Origin: Novakomyces olei
Lineage: Eukaryota
Length of the DNA: 64,000 nt
Direction of reading: 5' to 3'
Assembly (NCBI GenBank): GCA_016906335.1
Contig: JADEYG010000009.1
Location: 1,550,001 to 1,614,000, forward strand
Every line of letters starts with the position of its first letter. Position 1 is the first letter of the stretch. The position numbers were made by a program, and so were the translations under genes. The notes beneath the pieces were generated by a model, which saw only the letters and a list, made by a program, of their open reading frames with translations, was not told where the DNA came from and did no database searches. Shown piece after piece: positions 35,242 to 47,010 of the stretch.

Positions 35242-38200
35242 ATGCTGAGATCGGCTCTTATCGGCACACGCACGGGCCGAGCCTCGGCGGCTCGGGCGCT
35301 CGGCCGAGCGAATTCGCTCGGGCTTACTGGCCGGCAGAGGCCAGTAAAAATGACGCAATTAGCGTCTCGACTGTACGCTACGTCATCGAGCGACTCGCTG
35401 GCGTCGGACGGCTTTTTGCAGGGCAATTCTGCGAGCTATGTGGACGCGATGTATGCCGCGTGGAAACGGGACCCCTCTTCTGTCCATGTTTCGTGGCAGG
35501 CGTACTTTAGCAATATGGAAAACGGAGTCCCAGCGTCTCGGGCGTTTACGGCTCCGCCCACACTCGTCCCTACTCCGACAGGCGGAATCCCCTCACTTAC
35601 GCCCGGCGCCAGTATCGGGTCTGATGACGTCACAGACCATTTGAAAGTGCAGTTGCTGGTACGAGCGTACCAGGTGAGGGGCCACCATAGGGCCCACTTG
35701 GACCCGCTCGGGATCAAGAGCGAGGCTGATTTGGAGGCAGGAACGCCCAAGGAACTGACGCTGGAGCATTACGGGTTCACAGACAAGGATCTGGACACAG
35801 AGTATACGCTTGGACCTGGAATACTGAAACGGTTTGCTGTTGACGGCCGTCAAAAGATGACTCTGCGAGAGATTGTGCAGGCGTGTGAGCGGCTGTACTG
35901 TGGATCTTATGGCGTAGAGTACGTCCACATCCCGGACAGAAACCAGTGCGACTGGCTGCGTGACCGGTTGGAAATCCCTACACCTTTTGCTTATTCGCTC
36001 GATGAAAAGCGTAGAATCCTGGACCGGCTTATCTGGGCGGATTCGTTTGAACGGTTCCTGTCCACAAAGTACCCCAACGACAAACGCTTCGGTTTAGAGG
36101 GCGGAGAGTCTCTTGTCCCAGGGCTCAAGGCGCTTATTGACGACTCTGTTGAGCGAGGCATAGAGTCTGTCGTTATCGGAATGCCTCACAGAGGCCGATT
36201 GAATGTGTTGTCAAACGTTGTACGTAAACCCAACGAAGCCATCTTCTCCGAGTTTGCCGGGACACAGGACCCGAACGACGAGGGCTCAGGGGACGTAAAG
36301 TACCACTTGGGAATGAACTATGAACGGCCTACACCCTCTGGCAAACGTGTCAATCTCTCTCTCGTAGCCAACCCTTCACACTTGGAGTCAGAGGATCCTG
36401 TTGTGCTGGGCAAAACGAGGGCAATTCAGCACTATTGCAAGGACGAAAACACACACGAAAGGGCAATGGGACTGCTGTTGCACGGTGACGCTGCTTTTGC
36501 TGCTCAGGGGATTGTGTATGAGACAATGGGGTTCCATTCGCTGCCGGGTTACTCAACTGGGGGAACAGTACACGTAATCGTAAACAACCAGATCGGGTTC
36601 ACTACGGACCCGAGGTTTGCCCGCTCAACGCCCTACCCTTCCGATATTGCCAAATCAATTAATGCTCCAATCTTCCATGTAAATGCCGAGGATGTGGAGG
36701 CTCTAACGTTTATCTTTCAGCTGGCCTCCGAGTGGCGGCATGTATGGAAGCACGATGTAGTGATTGATCTGGTGTGCTACAGAAAGTACGGCCACAACGA
36801 GACTGACCAGCCGGCTTTTACACAGCCACGAATGTACCAGGCTATTGCTAAAAAGAAGTCTATCCTGCAACTCTACCTGGCCAAGCTCAAGGAAGAGGGC
36901 ACTTTTACAGACAAGGAGATTGAAGAGCACCAGAAATGGGTGTGGGGACTGCTGGAGGAGTCCTTTGCCAACGCTAAAAACTATGAGCCAACTGCTCGTG
37001 AATGGCTCACCTCTGCCTGGACAGGGTTTGCTACGCCCAAGGACATTGCCACCAAGATTATCCCTCACCTGCCCACGGCTGTGCCGGAAGCGACACTGAA
37101 AAAAGTCGGAGAGGTTGTTTCTACTGCCCCGGCTGGATTCCATGTGCACCGTAACCTTAAACGAATCCTCAACAATCGTGGCAAAACGGTAGAGTCCGGT
37201 GAGGGCATTGATATGCCCACCGGAGAGGCATTGGCCTTTGGCAGCCTCCTCCTGGAGGGCCACCATATCCGTGTCTCTGGCCAGGACGTGGAGCGTGGCA
37301 CTTTCTCCCAACGGCATGCTGTCCTGCACGATCAGGAGAACGAGAGCACTTTTGTCCCGCTCAACAATATCAGCAAAGACCAGGCCAGTTTTGTCATACA
37401 AAACTCGTCACTCTCCGAGTTTGGTGTCCTCGGCTTCGAGTACGGGTACAGCCTTTCCTCCCCTAATGCTCTCGTCATGTGGGAGGCACAGTTTGGCGAT
37501 TTTGCCAATAATGCTCAGTGCATTATCGACCAGTACATTAGCTCGGCAGAGACGAAATGGCTGCAGCGTAGCGGCCTTGTCATGTCCCTCCCTCACGGGT
37601 ACGACGGCCAGGGCCCAGAGCACAGCAATGGCCATATAGAACGGTACCTGCAGCTGTGCAATGAACCCCCACACGAGTACCCGAGCCGGGAAAAGCTGCA
37701 GAGGCAGCACCAGGACTGTAATATGCAAGTAATCTACCCAACAACGCCGGCAAACCTGTTCCATTTCCTGCGCAGACAGATCCATTCCGAGATTAGAAAA
37801 CCCTTGATATACTTTTTCTCAAAGTCCCTGCTCCGCCATCCGCTGGCCAGGTCGAGACTGGAAGATTTCAGTGAGGAGAATGGGTTTGCGTGGATCCTCA
37901 AGGACCATTTGTACCAACAGGCACCAGAAAAATTGGACCCCGTAGACAAGATCAAGAGACTCGTAATCTGCTCGGGACAGGTATGGGCCAAATTTAACCA
38001 TTTCCGTGAAGAGCACAGTATTACCGACACCGCTGTCATCCGTATCGAGCAGCTACACCCGTGGCCCTACGCTCAGCTGGGCAAAGCGCTGGACGAGTTT
38101 GAGAGTCTGGAGGATATCGTCTACCTCGCAGAAGAGCCGTACAATATGTCGCCGGCTCAGTTTGTTGAGCCCCGGCTCGCAACTACATTGGCACACAGTA

Positions 38201-38328
38201 CAAAGAGCGGGTTAACGCCTCGCGTTGTTACGCGTCCAGCTAGTGCCTCGCCGGCTACAGGCAACAAGATCCAGAACGCGAATGAGGAGAGGAACTTGAT
38301 GACTGAAACGTTCCAAGTCTCTGACTAG
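35242..38328 (+). CDS. KGD1: 2-oxoglutarate dehydrogenase E1, mitochondrial, intronless
   Basis: Presequence, [35 protein letters not shown] (ThDP motif), [14 protein letters not shown] and [10 protein letters not shown]. Confidence 0.98.
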   Translation: MLRSALIGTRTGRASAARALGRANSLGLTGRQRPVKMTQLASRLYATSSSDSLASDGFLQGNSASYVDAMYAAWKRDPSSVHVSWQAYFSNMENGVPASRAFTAPPTLVPTPTGGIPSLTPGASIGSDDVTDHLKVQLLVRAYQVRGHHRAHLDPLGIKSEADLEAGTPKELTLEHYGFTDKDLDTEYTLGPGILKRFAVDGRQKMTLREIVQACERLYCGSYGVEYVHIPDRNQCDWLRDRLEIPTPFAYSLDEKRRILDRLIWADSFERFLSTKYPNDKRFGLEGGESLVPGLKALIDDSVERGIESVVIGMPHRGRLNVLSNVVRKPNEAIFSEFAGTQDPNDEGSGDVKYHLGMNYERPTPSGKRVNLSLVANPSHLESEDPVVLGKTRAIQHYCKDENTHERAMGLLLHGDAAFAAQGIVYETMGFHSLPGYSTGGTVHVIVNNQIGFTTDPRFARSTPYPSDIAKSINAPIFHVNAEDVEALTFIFQLASEWRHVWKHDVVIDLVCYRKYGHNETDQPAFTQPRMYQAIAKKKSILQLYLAKLKEEGTFTDKEIEEHQKWVWGLLEESFANAKNYEPTAREWLTSAWTGFATPKDIATKIIPHLPTAVPEATLKKVGEVVSTAPAGFHVHRNLKRILNNRGKTVESGEGIDMPTGEALAFGSLLLEGHHIRVSGQDVERGTFSQRHAVLHDQENESTFVPLNNISKDQASFVIQNSSLSEFGVLGFEYGYSLSSPNALVMWEAQFGDFANNAQCIIDQYISSAETKWLQRSGLVMSLPHGYDGQGPEHSNGHIERYLQLCNEPPHEYPSREKLQRQHQDCNMQVIYPTTPANLFHFLRRQIHSEIRKPLIYFFSKSLLRHPLARSRLEDFSEENGFAWILKDHLYQQAPEKLDPVDKIKRLVICSGQVWAKFNHFREEHSITDTAVIRIEQLHPWPYAQLGKALDEFESLEDIVYLAEEPYNMSPAQFVEPRLATTLAHSTKSGLTPRVVTRPASASPATGNKIQNANEERNLMTETFQVSD

Positions 38329-38468
38329 ACTGGCAGTCTCTGAATAGACTGGCAGTCTCTGACTAGGCTGGCAGTCTCTGACTAGACTGGCAGTCTCTGA
38401 CTAGACTGGCAGTCTCTGACTAGACTGGCAGTCTCTGACTAGGCTGGCAGTCTGACTAGACTAGCAGT
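38316..38468. repeat. Tandem repeat, 19-bp unit (AGTCTCTGACTAGACTGGC)n overlapping the KGD1 stop codon
   Basis: About 8 copies; the first contains the last codons and the TAG. Confidence 0.92.
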
Positions 38469-39386
38469 ATAGTAATATTTGCTCTCTTGAATAAAATTAT
38501 GGGTTTAATTCAACGTGTGTGCCCTGCCTACCCGTACGCCACTCAAACTAGTCAAAACTAGTCTGCCGGGGTTTAGTTTTATTTTGCAACGATTTGTTTT
38601 TGACATTTTCCTTACCGATCTACTCTACAATGAATGGAAAAGATTAGACTCTACATTTCATGTTTGTATTGAGGGGGTAATATTGACTCGTTTATTAACG
38701 AGCGCCAATTGAGAATTGCAGGGTAGACCGACGGACGGATGCGTAAAAAGATTGAAATGCTGTGTGCAATACACGAATGAAAAGGAGGGCCATCGTCTGC
38801 GCAAATTTGCCAGTCAAATATGAGCTGTTGGCTGACTGACCTCTTTGCTTTTGTCGACAGATTTCGACGAGTAGAAAAGTAGAAGCAATTTTATGTGTTT
38901 TATTACTTGTGACAGTGTAAAGTAAGAGTACCAGACAAAAAGTCAAGTACATAAAGTACAAGTACATAGAGTACAAGTACAAGTACATAAAGCACAAGTA
39001 CATTAAAGTACAAGTATGTTGAATTATTTTAAGTTGAGTTGAAGTTCGAACGGTTGATACTAACTATTTGACTTTGAAAAGAATGTTAAAGGTCCCCCAA
39101 GGCTCAGAGGCGCTGTCAGGGATATATATATATTATTCAATAATAGATCTGGTAAAGACAGAATGTAGGAATTGAATTAGAGGAGATTCCAGTAAGTAAA
39201 GTAGAGACAGAATTATTCATGTAAAGACAGTGATTATTTCAAATAATAGAGTTAAATATAAGTTATATAGAGTCAACAGAGTACATAAAGTACAAGTATA
39301 TAAAGTACCAAGTATATAATGTAGAAAGGACCAAAAGTGAGAAAGACCAATAATAAGAAAGACCAAAAGTAAGAAAGACCGGATCA

Positions 39387-39554
39387 CACGAAATCAAACG
39401 GTCTCATTACTCGCGAAAGTTAAGCAATATTGCGAGCAATTCCGATTCGCACAAACCAATCTAACACGAGAATTAATTAGTTACTACGGAAAACCCTTTG
39501 TGAAGGGATAAGTAACGCGTATTTACGCGTTACGCGTTGTATTTTACGACGCGT
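39387..39554 (+). promoter_or_regulatory. G1/S element cluster: four MCB (ACGCGT) and two SCB-type (CRCGAAA) sites
   Basis: ACGCGT at 39515, 39525, 39532 and 39549; CACGAAA at 39387; CGCGAAA at 39412. Confidence 0.7.
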
Positions 39555-39936
39555 TACCGCATTTGGGAGATGCGCAGAGGAGACCGGCGACAAGAATTGG
39601 GCACGTTTTATTTTGCATCCAAACCAACACGCAAAAGAGCATTCGCTCAAAAGTCTCTTGGCAGGACGGAAGAGCATATATTGTTCACGTTCGGCACAAG
39701 ACATTCTCTTTTTCTCTGTTCAAAAAGGCCGTTGTCTCTACGGCAGAAGCCCGATTCCCTGGCTGTCTCGGTTTTTTTAACCTTTTTCATCGAGCTTGAA
39801 AATTCGGCCACACTGGACCTTTGAGTCAGTGCGGGACAGTTCGCCTTCAGCGCTACAACGTCAGACTCGCTCTGCGTGAACCGTCTTTGGCTTTATCCTT
39901 TCTTATTTGAGTGGAGCGTTGGCGCTTACTTTCAAT

Positions 39937-42900
39937 ATGACGGCATCGCCGCGGATTCCTTCTACTGTATGTGTAAGCTGCCGATTTTTTGTTTAGCCCT
40001 TCAACTCGACCTGAAAGTTGCACACTGGTTTTATTCTACTCGTTTCTATATTTCTTCACTTGTTTAATTATTCTATTTAATTCCTTTTATTTGATTTGAT
40101 TGATTTGATTTGATTGATTTGATTGATTTGATTGATTTGATTGATTTGATTGATTTGATTGATTTGATTGATTTGATTGATTTGATTGATTTGATTGATT
40201 TGATTGATTTGATTGATTTGATTGATTTGATTGATTTGATTGATTTGATTGATTTGATTGATTTGATTGATTTGATTGATTTGATTGATTTGATTGATTT
40301 GATTGATTTGATTGATTTGATTGATTTGATTGATTTGATTGATTTGATTTGATTTGATTTGATTGATTTGATTGATTTGATTGATTTGATTGATTTGATT
40401 GATTTGATTGATTTGATTGATTTGATTGATTTGATTGATTTGATTTGATTTGATTTGATTTGATTGATTGATTTGATTTGATTATTTGAGTTATTTGAGT
40501 TATTTGATTTGATTTGATTTATTTGATTTGATTTGATCTGGTTGATTTGATTTGGTTGATTTGATTTGGTTTATTTGATTTATTTGATTTAATTTATTTG
40601 ACTTATTGATTTGATTTAATTACATTAATTTCATTAAATTATATTTAATTTCCATTGGAGCTGACAGGCAGGGCCCCACACGGCCGCTATTTTCCCGTGC
40701 CCGGCCCGTGAGGCTGGCGGAAGAGACTCCCGACACCCCCGACAGCGGCAGCGGCAGCGGAGACGATCCCGCTGGCCGACCAGAAGGAGCAGTCGGGGCG
40801 GCAGCGCCGTATACAAACTGGTCGTACCCTTACCAGAAAACCCCTGTCCCCCGTCGGCCGAAGCCGGCAGCGGCAGCGGGACTTTTACTGCCAATTGCCG
40901 CTCAGAATGCGCCACCGCCGACAGTTTTGCCCGATCTTTTGGCCGACGTGGAAACGGACGAAGGCAATTCGTCGTCGTCCAGTTCAATAATGCACAAGGC
41001 AAGTTTGTCTGTCGCATCGAGCAGTACAAATTCGTATAAAAATACGAATACAAACACAAATTCGTATAAAAATACCAGTACAAATAGCGGAGCAGACGGC
41101 AGCGGTCCGCCGCCTGATTTTGCGCCTCCGCCACCGCCATTGCCGATGAGCGGCAATCGCCCTTCTTTCCTTGTGAGTCCGTCAGAGCTGAGGTCAGTTT
41201 ACGCAGACTCTGAGGCGCCAATGAGCCCCTTTGGCCCAATTTCGCCACTCGCACGAGGCGATATTGCCTACTCGCTGGAGCAGATAAGCGACGAGTACAT
41301 TGCCGGCGAGTCTGTATACTGTGCGTACCTGCAAACAGCCATTTCTGCAGTGGCCGAGTGTCCTGTTCCTCTTCTCGCAGAGGGAACAATGCACTGCCTT
41401 TTGCGAATGCACCGAATCTCAGAGACGATGCTTAAAGCCGTCACTGCCGATACCAATCATTTGAACCTTCTCGCGTCTTTTATCGTGTTTCCTGAGCTCG
41501 CACGGTCACTGTACGTGGAGTACGTGACAATGTTTCGACTCGGGTGGGACGTTTATCCCTACGAGAAAGAAATGGGAAAAAATTGGGAAGAAAAGGGAAG
41601 AAATGGGGAAGAAATGGGAAGAAATGGGGAAGAAATGGACCAAAATGGGGAAGAAATGGACAAAAATGGAGAAAAAAAGGACAAAAATCAGGAAAAAAAT
41701 GACAAAAATCAGGACAAAAAAGAGACAAACGAGACAACCAGCAACGAGGCAGGAGCAGTAGCGCATATTAGAGCAGTGCTTTCTACACTGCCGCCAGTCG
41801 AGCAGTCGCTCGATTGGCTGCTTAAACGGCCGCTCGCCCGGCTTCGTTCGTACACGTGTATATACAAAAAACTGCTTCAGCTCGGACTGCAGAACGACAC
41901 AGCCTACCGCGCCGAGGCAGAGCGGCTGCAAGTGGCACACGATAAAGTGTACAGCCTTTTGAGGCTCGCAAGAGCCAAATTTAGTGAGGAGAGGAGGCGA
42001 TTGAGTGGCTCAAGGCGGAGCGGCCTCTGTATCCGCTCCGGACTGTGGTCTGAGCAGATGCGTTTGGCCGCGAGAGCTCTGCCCTCAGAGCTGGACGCGT
42101 CACGTACACGTGACGCGTTGTCTTTAGAACCTGTAGAAAATTACGCGTTGGATAATATTTACGCGTCAGAAAATTACGCGTCAGAGAGGCAGATTGTAGC
42201 GCGACGCGTTTTTGCCTTTAGTATGATGCACACTGCCTCGGCGACTCTGACGCAGTGCGCACGCGTCGAGTGCATTGTCCTCACTGACGCGCTCGTCGTG
42301 GCCGCGCGCCCACGCGTCGGAAAGCTGAGGCTCATGTTCCCACCTATCCCACACTCGGCGTGGGCTGTCAGTAAAGAGGACAAGAGTGGCGTCGAGATTG
42401 CCGTTTATGGCCAAGAGCGGATGCAGTTTGCGGAAGAGCAAAAGAGCAGTGGAAATGACGAGGCGATTAGGAGCGAATCGCTGCCAATTCTCGATCTACG
42501 CGAGTTTGTAGACGTTTTGCACGGAGTACACGTGCAAACTGCCAAAGGCAGTGCCAAAGGCACTGCCGAAGGCAGTTTTTTAGGCAATTTTGGAGGCAAT
42601 TTTGGAGGCAGTTTTGTACACAATTCTACTTCCAATTCTACAGCCAATTCTATACACAATTCTGGTGCCGGCGGAATTGCCGGCGGAATTGCCGGTCTGT
42701 CGCTGAGCCAAAGCCAGGCGAGTCTGGCTACAGACTCGCTGCATTCAGTGCGCAGTTCAGCAATAAGCGGCAGCGGCAATTTGTACCTTTATCAGACCAG
42801 CGGCAGCTCTAACGGCAGCTCTGGCCGGCGGACCAGTAGAGCAGCAGCAGTCCCGAGTCCTATTGTGGAAGAGTTTGGAGGAGAGGAGCAGTCAGAGAGA

Positions 42901-44130
42901 GAGAGGGCAGAGAGAAATACGGCAGAAAGAGAGAAATCAGAAAGGTTGGACATAGCAAAAACCGGCAAAGGCAGTGAGCCTGTGCCTCTTGACGAAGCGT
43001 CGCCAAGTGCGAGCGAAAAGTCGTGGAAACCGCTGCGCCTGTCCCTTTCGTCCCGCAGCGGTTTTACCAGCTCGTCAGGGTTTTCCAGCAGCCGAACGAT
43101 TGACAGGATCGAGGAAGAGGAGGAGGAGGAGAATGAGAAGGGAGAGAGGACAAAAGAGAGGACAATAGAGAGAGAAGAAAGAGGAGAAAGAGAAGAGAGT
43201 CAAAGAGAAAGAGGAGAAAGACAAGCGACTCTGGAAAAGACAGCCGGTGGCAGAACGGGGACAGTACGGCCGGCAGAGTTAAAGGAAAATGCCTCCAAAG
43301 TAAACGAGCTGAGCGAGACGGGAGACGGGCAGGAAAACAGAGGTCTAAAGGCAAAAGGCCAAGAGAGAGAGGCAGAAACCAGTGGTAAAAAAGCCAGTAC
43401 TCGCCCGCCCGAGCCTGGCGAATCGCAAGGTCCCTCCCTTAGCCCTGAGCCGTGTGGGTTCGAGTGCGGTCTGCCTGGGATAAACTCTTCGCCGCTGGTA
43501 GCCTCACCGAGAAAATGGGCTCGAGCCTCGATCCTGCTGGGCGGTAAACCCGGCCAGGAGAACCAGGGTCTCTTGTTTGCAAGCAGACGGCTTTCTTATG
43601 GCAAAAGAAAGGGGCCAATGACAAAAGGCAGTAGTGACTGGGCCGAGTCTTGCAGCAACAGTATTTCTGCCATTGAGTGCTCTCCGAAACGCGACCATTC
43701 ACAGATGAGTGCCTCTTCAGCTTCTGCTGCTTTTGCTTCTGCTATTGACGCTTCTCCCTCTAAAAAACCGGCAATGCTGAGCCGAAACTGTGGTGAAAGG
43801 CACCTCGACAGGTTCCCGCGGCCGCCAATGTCTATTTTACAGGATTTTACAGTGGGAGAAAAGGCCTCTACAGTGGCAGAGCAGGCAGAAATGCCTGCAG
43901 TATATGGACCTGTGCCGTGGAGGCCAAACGGGTCTGGCGCCAGCAGCGAGAGCCGTTGGCCTGGTGCAGCAGATACTGCGGCTTCGAATCCCCGTGGCCA
44001 CGGCCCTCAAATACGGAGGTCGGGGTCTGTACGTAAAGCTAATTATACAGCTACGGGGGCACCAGCGCGGAGGACGCGGATGTTTTCACGGTTTATTGGT
44101 GGCTTTTCACGCCGGAAGAATCGCGATTGA
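39937..44130 (+). CDS. DH (RhoGEF)-like domain protein with long disordered regions; exons 39937-39966, 40672-44130
   Basis: EYIAGESVYCAYL and SLDWLLKRPLARLRSY resemble DH conserved regions 1 and 3. Intron GTATGT..CTGACAGGCAG gives an in-frame ATG exon. Confidence 0.7.
40090..40620. repeat. Intronic microsatellite (TTGATTGAT)n decaying to (TTGAT)n
   Basis: About 530 bp inside the 705-nt intron of the DH-like gene. Confidence 0.97.
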
Positions 44131-44827
44131 AGCGGCAGTTATGATTTTGTTTTCATCTAGTTGATTTTGTTTGTTTAATTGCTGTTGTTTAATTGCTGTT
44201 GTTTAATTGCTGTTGTTTAATTGCTGTTTGTCTGTTTGTTATTTGTCTAATTGCTGTTTGTCTATTTGTAGTTTGTCTTATTTTATTATTTATTTATTAA
44301 TCAATTTTGGCTAAACAGAATGGTTCTTTAAAGGACACATGATTCTTTTCTTTTAATCAGTTTTTGGCTCATTTTTCTGTTGATTGGTGCTTGTAACCTT
44401 TTGACATGCGGCTTTGGGGTTGTTTGTTGTAGTGCACGGCTGTTGTTTATAGAGCTCGTCGATAGCCGGGATACATTCGTATAGTATAATTCACTATTGG
44501 CTTTAAATGACCGCCGTTTGTCAGGCATTGTAATGAAACTAGCGGCGTTTGCTTTGTGATACTGCTAATAAACCCATAAACCCATAAACGCATAAACCCT
44601 AACCCTACAAAACCTACAAACTTTGGTCTTCCTTTAGTCACAGGAACAGGCTGATTAGTCATACTGATTAGTCACAACGACTTGCTATATAAGTAGAGTA
44701 GTAATAATGTACGCTAATATATTCATAAACGGGACTAATAAAGTCGCGTGGCCATCAACACGGCCATCACCGCGGCCATCCGACTCGGCAATAAACAGAC
44801 TAACCAGAAAACCCTTTACAACGAGCA

Positions 44828-46030
44828 ATGGCGGACAGGGCGCCGCTTATCGATCTAATGCGGGGCACTTGTGTCTTTGCTATGATTATGGCGAATTCGA
44901 GCGGCAAAGATGACGCCAGTTTCTCCCAATTGCAGCACCATAAAGGCCTCGTTACGGACCGCATAACGTTTGCCGACACGATTTCCCCGCATTTCTTATT
45001 CCTCTCGGGAATGTCGATCGGTGCACGTGACTTGGGTCACGTGCACAGACGCGTCGGCTATACGCGAGCTGCGGTGCAGCGCTGTGCAAAGCTGTTTGCC
45101 ATTGGCGTCGCGTTTAACGCGTGCACAAACGCGTTAAAGGGCGAAAAGTTACGCGTACGCGTTCCCGGCGTTCTACAGAGGAGTGCGTTAGCTGGCGCGG
45201 CAGTTTTGCTGCTGCCAAGCTCTGGTCCGGCTCAGTACGCGACGCCAGTCTTGCTTGGAACTGCCTGGTTTTCCGCTAATTATCTGCTCGTGGAGGCGGC
45301 CAAGGCTCGAGGCAGCGAGACAGGAGAGGAGAGAGAAGGAAGGGAGAGAGAAGAAGAGAGAGAAAAAGAGAAAGAAAAAGAAGAAAAAGAAGGAGGCAGA
45401 TTCAATGCGCAGGCAGTCATCGACAAGAGACTACTGCCAAAATCTTGTCTTTACAGTCCACAGGGAGACGATCCCGAAGGCCTTTTAGGCTCAGTGACCA
45501 CTGCTGTCGTTAATGTATGGGCCGGCCGCTTAGTAGCCCATTTTATTGCTCGCGGACACCTTTTTGGCTACAATTTAACTGCTAATTCTGTGGCTGTTGC
45601 TCTTGCCTCGTGCGGCTGTTTTCTAGCTCTACCGGCAACTGCCGTTTTGAAACGATCTGCTCCCCTAAGCAAACCGCTTTTTACGCCTACTTTTTCCGCT
45701 CATACAGTCGGTATAAGCTGCGTTTATACGGCGGCCAGTATTTTGCTCTTGCAGTGTCTCCCGACTCGCTACTGCGAGGGCCTTTTATGCCTCGGAGCTG
45801 AATCTCTTCCTGTTTTTTTGGCCTCTGATCTCTTGCGCGCTTTGCTCAGGAGACCTTTGAGCAGCGGCTCCAGCTTATGGGACCAGGCTGTGAAATTTGT
45901 AAGCAAATTCGTGCCCAATCGGCGGTGGAGGGACGCAATTGCTGGGTTTGCTGTTTCCTTGCTCTGGGCCATTATGTGGAAGGATGTGGCAAAGTGTTTG
46001 GTGCGGAACGGCATTAAACTGCGCCTGTGA
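44828..46030 (+). CDS. HGSNAT-like (heparan-alpha-glucosaminide N-acetyltransferase family) membrane acyltransferase, intronless
   Basis: IDLMRG..MIMAN, LQH..TFADTISPHFLFLSGMS, RVPGVLQR, DPEGLLG and PLSKPLFTPTF follow the family motif order. Confidence 0.85.
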   Translation: MADRAPLIDLMRGTCVFAMIMANSSGKDDASFSQLQHHKGLVTDRITFADTISPHFLFLSGMSIGARDLGHVHRRVGYTRAAVQRCAKLFAIGVAFNACTNALKGEKLRVRVPGVLQRSALAGAAVLLLPSSGPAQYATPVLLGTAWFSANYLLVEAAKARGSETGEEREGREREEEREKEKEKEEKEGGRFNAQAVIDKRLLPKSCLYSPQGDDPEGLLGSVTTAVVNVWAGRLVAHFIARGHLFGYNLTANSVAVALASCGCFLALPATAVLKRSAPLSKPLFTPTFSAHTVGISCVYTAASILLLQCLPTRYCEGLLCLGAESLPVFLASDLLRALLRRPLSSGSSLWDQAVKFVSKFVPNRRWRDAIAGFAVSLLWAIMWKDVAKCLVRNGIKLRL

Positions 46031-46612
46031 TTGGCTCTTGTACGAATATTTAACGTGGATGACTGAAATGTTTAGTGTGAATAAAAGGTCAATGATACCG
46101 TGGACCGAGAATCGAGAAGACTACAAATCCAGGGAATAGAGAATTATACGCCTAGTGCAATAAGTGCATTCGTATTTGTGCTCAAAAGTGTTGCAAGTTG
46201 CTTCGGCAGTACAAGACTCGCAGGATAAATAGACTCTAAACGTTTATATTGCAAGGCCGTTTGTGTGTAATTATGAGTATTATCAGAGACAACAAAATAT
46301 ATCAGCAGTATTTTATACAGTATAAAGCAGTGAGCGTGGTATACGGTTAACACATAACGGTAAACAAATATGACCGACCATACACGAATCTGGACGTACT
46401 CGAACAAAACTTTGGATTGCATTGAGCCTGGAATGCTTTATATATTCAATATATGTTCACGTATAACCTTGTGTTTAATATCCGACATGGAATCGATTCG
46501 TAGACTGGTCCCTGCTGGAATAATTAGAAATCATCATACACTTTGTAATGCAAAACAGTAGCGAGTGCCGCACTTGAGCACGTTAAACGACAGTTGGGCG
46601 AAGCATTATGGC

Positions 46613-46938
46613 CTACAACAGACTGTGAATCCGTGATAACGCATCAACGATAGCAGAGGGCTCATCACGGGCAAACTCGACAGTTTCCAGTCCCAAAATG
46701 ACCAGCAAGATGGTCGAGGGAGTAGCGAAAATGAGCTAAACTGTTAGTAATGGTAAATAGATAAATAAATAAATAGATAAATAGATAAATAGATAAATAG
46801 ATAAATAGATAAATAGATAAATAGATAAATAGATAAATAGATAAATAAATAAATAGATAAATAGATAAATAGATAAATAGATAAATAGATAAATAAATAA
46901 ATAAACAAATAAACAAATAAATTAAATAAACAAATAAA

Positions 46939-47010
<72 letters not shown>

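Noticed and set aside
38316-38468. Repeat arrays as CRISPR (also 51545-51815)
   Set aside because: No unique spacers, no cas genes, eukaryotic context.
36703-41389. Long antisense ORFs (36703-37401, 40634-41389)
   Set aside because: Shadows of GC-rich coding strands with no independent evidence.
44569-44622. CCCTAACCCTA as an interstitial telomere
   Set aside because: Only two units inside a degenerate AAACCCAT-type local repeat; at most a Tbf1-type site.
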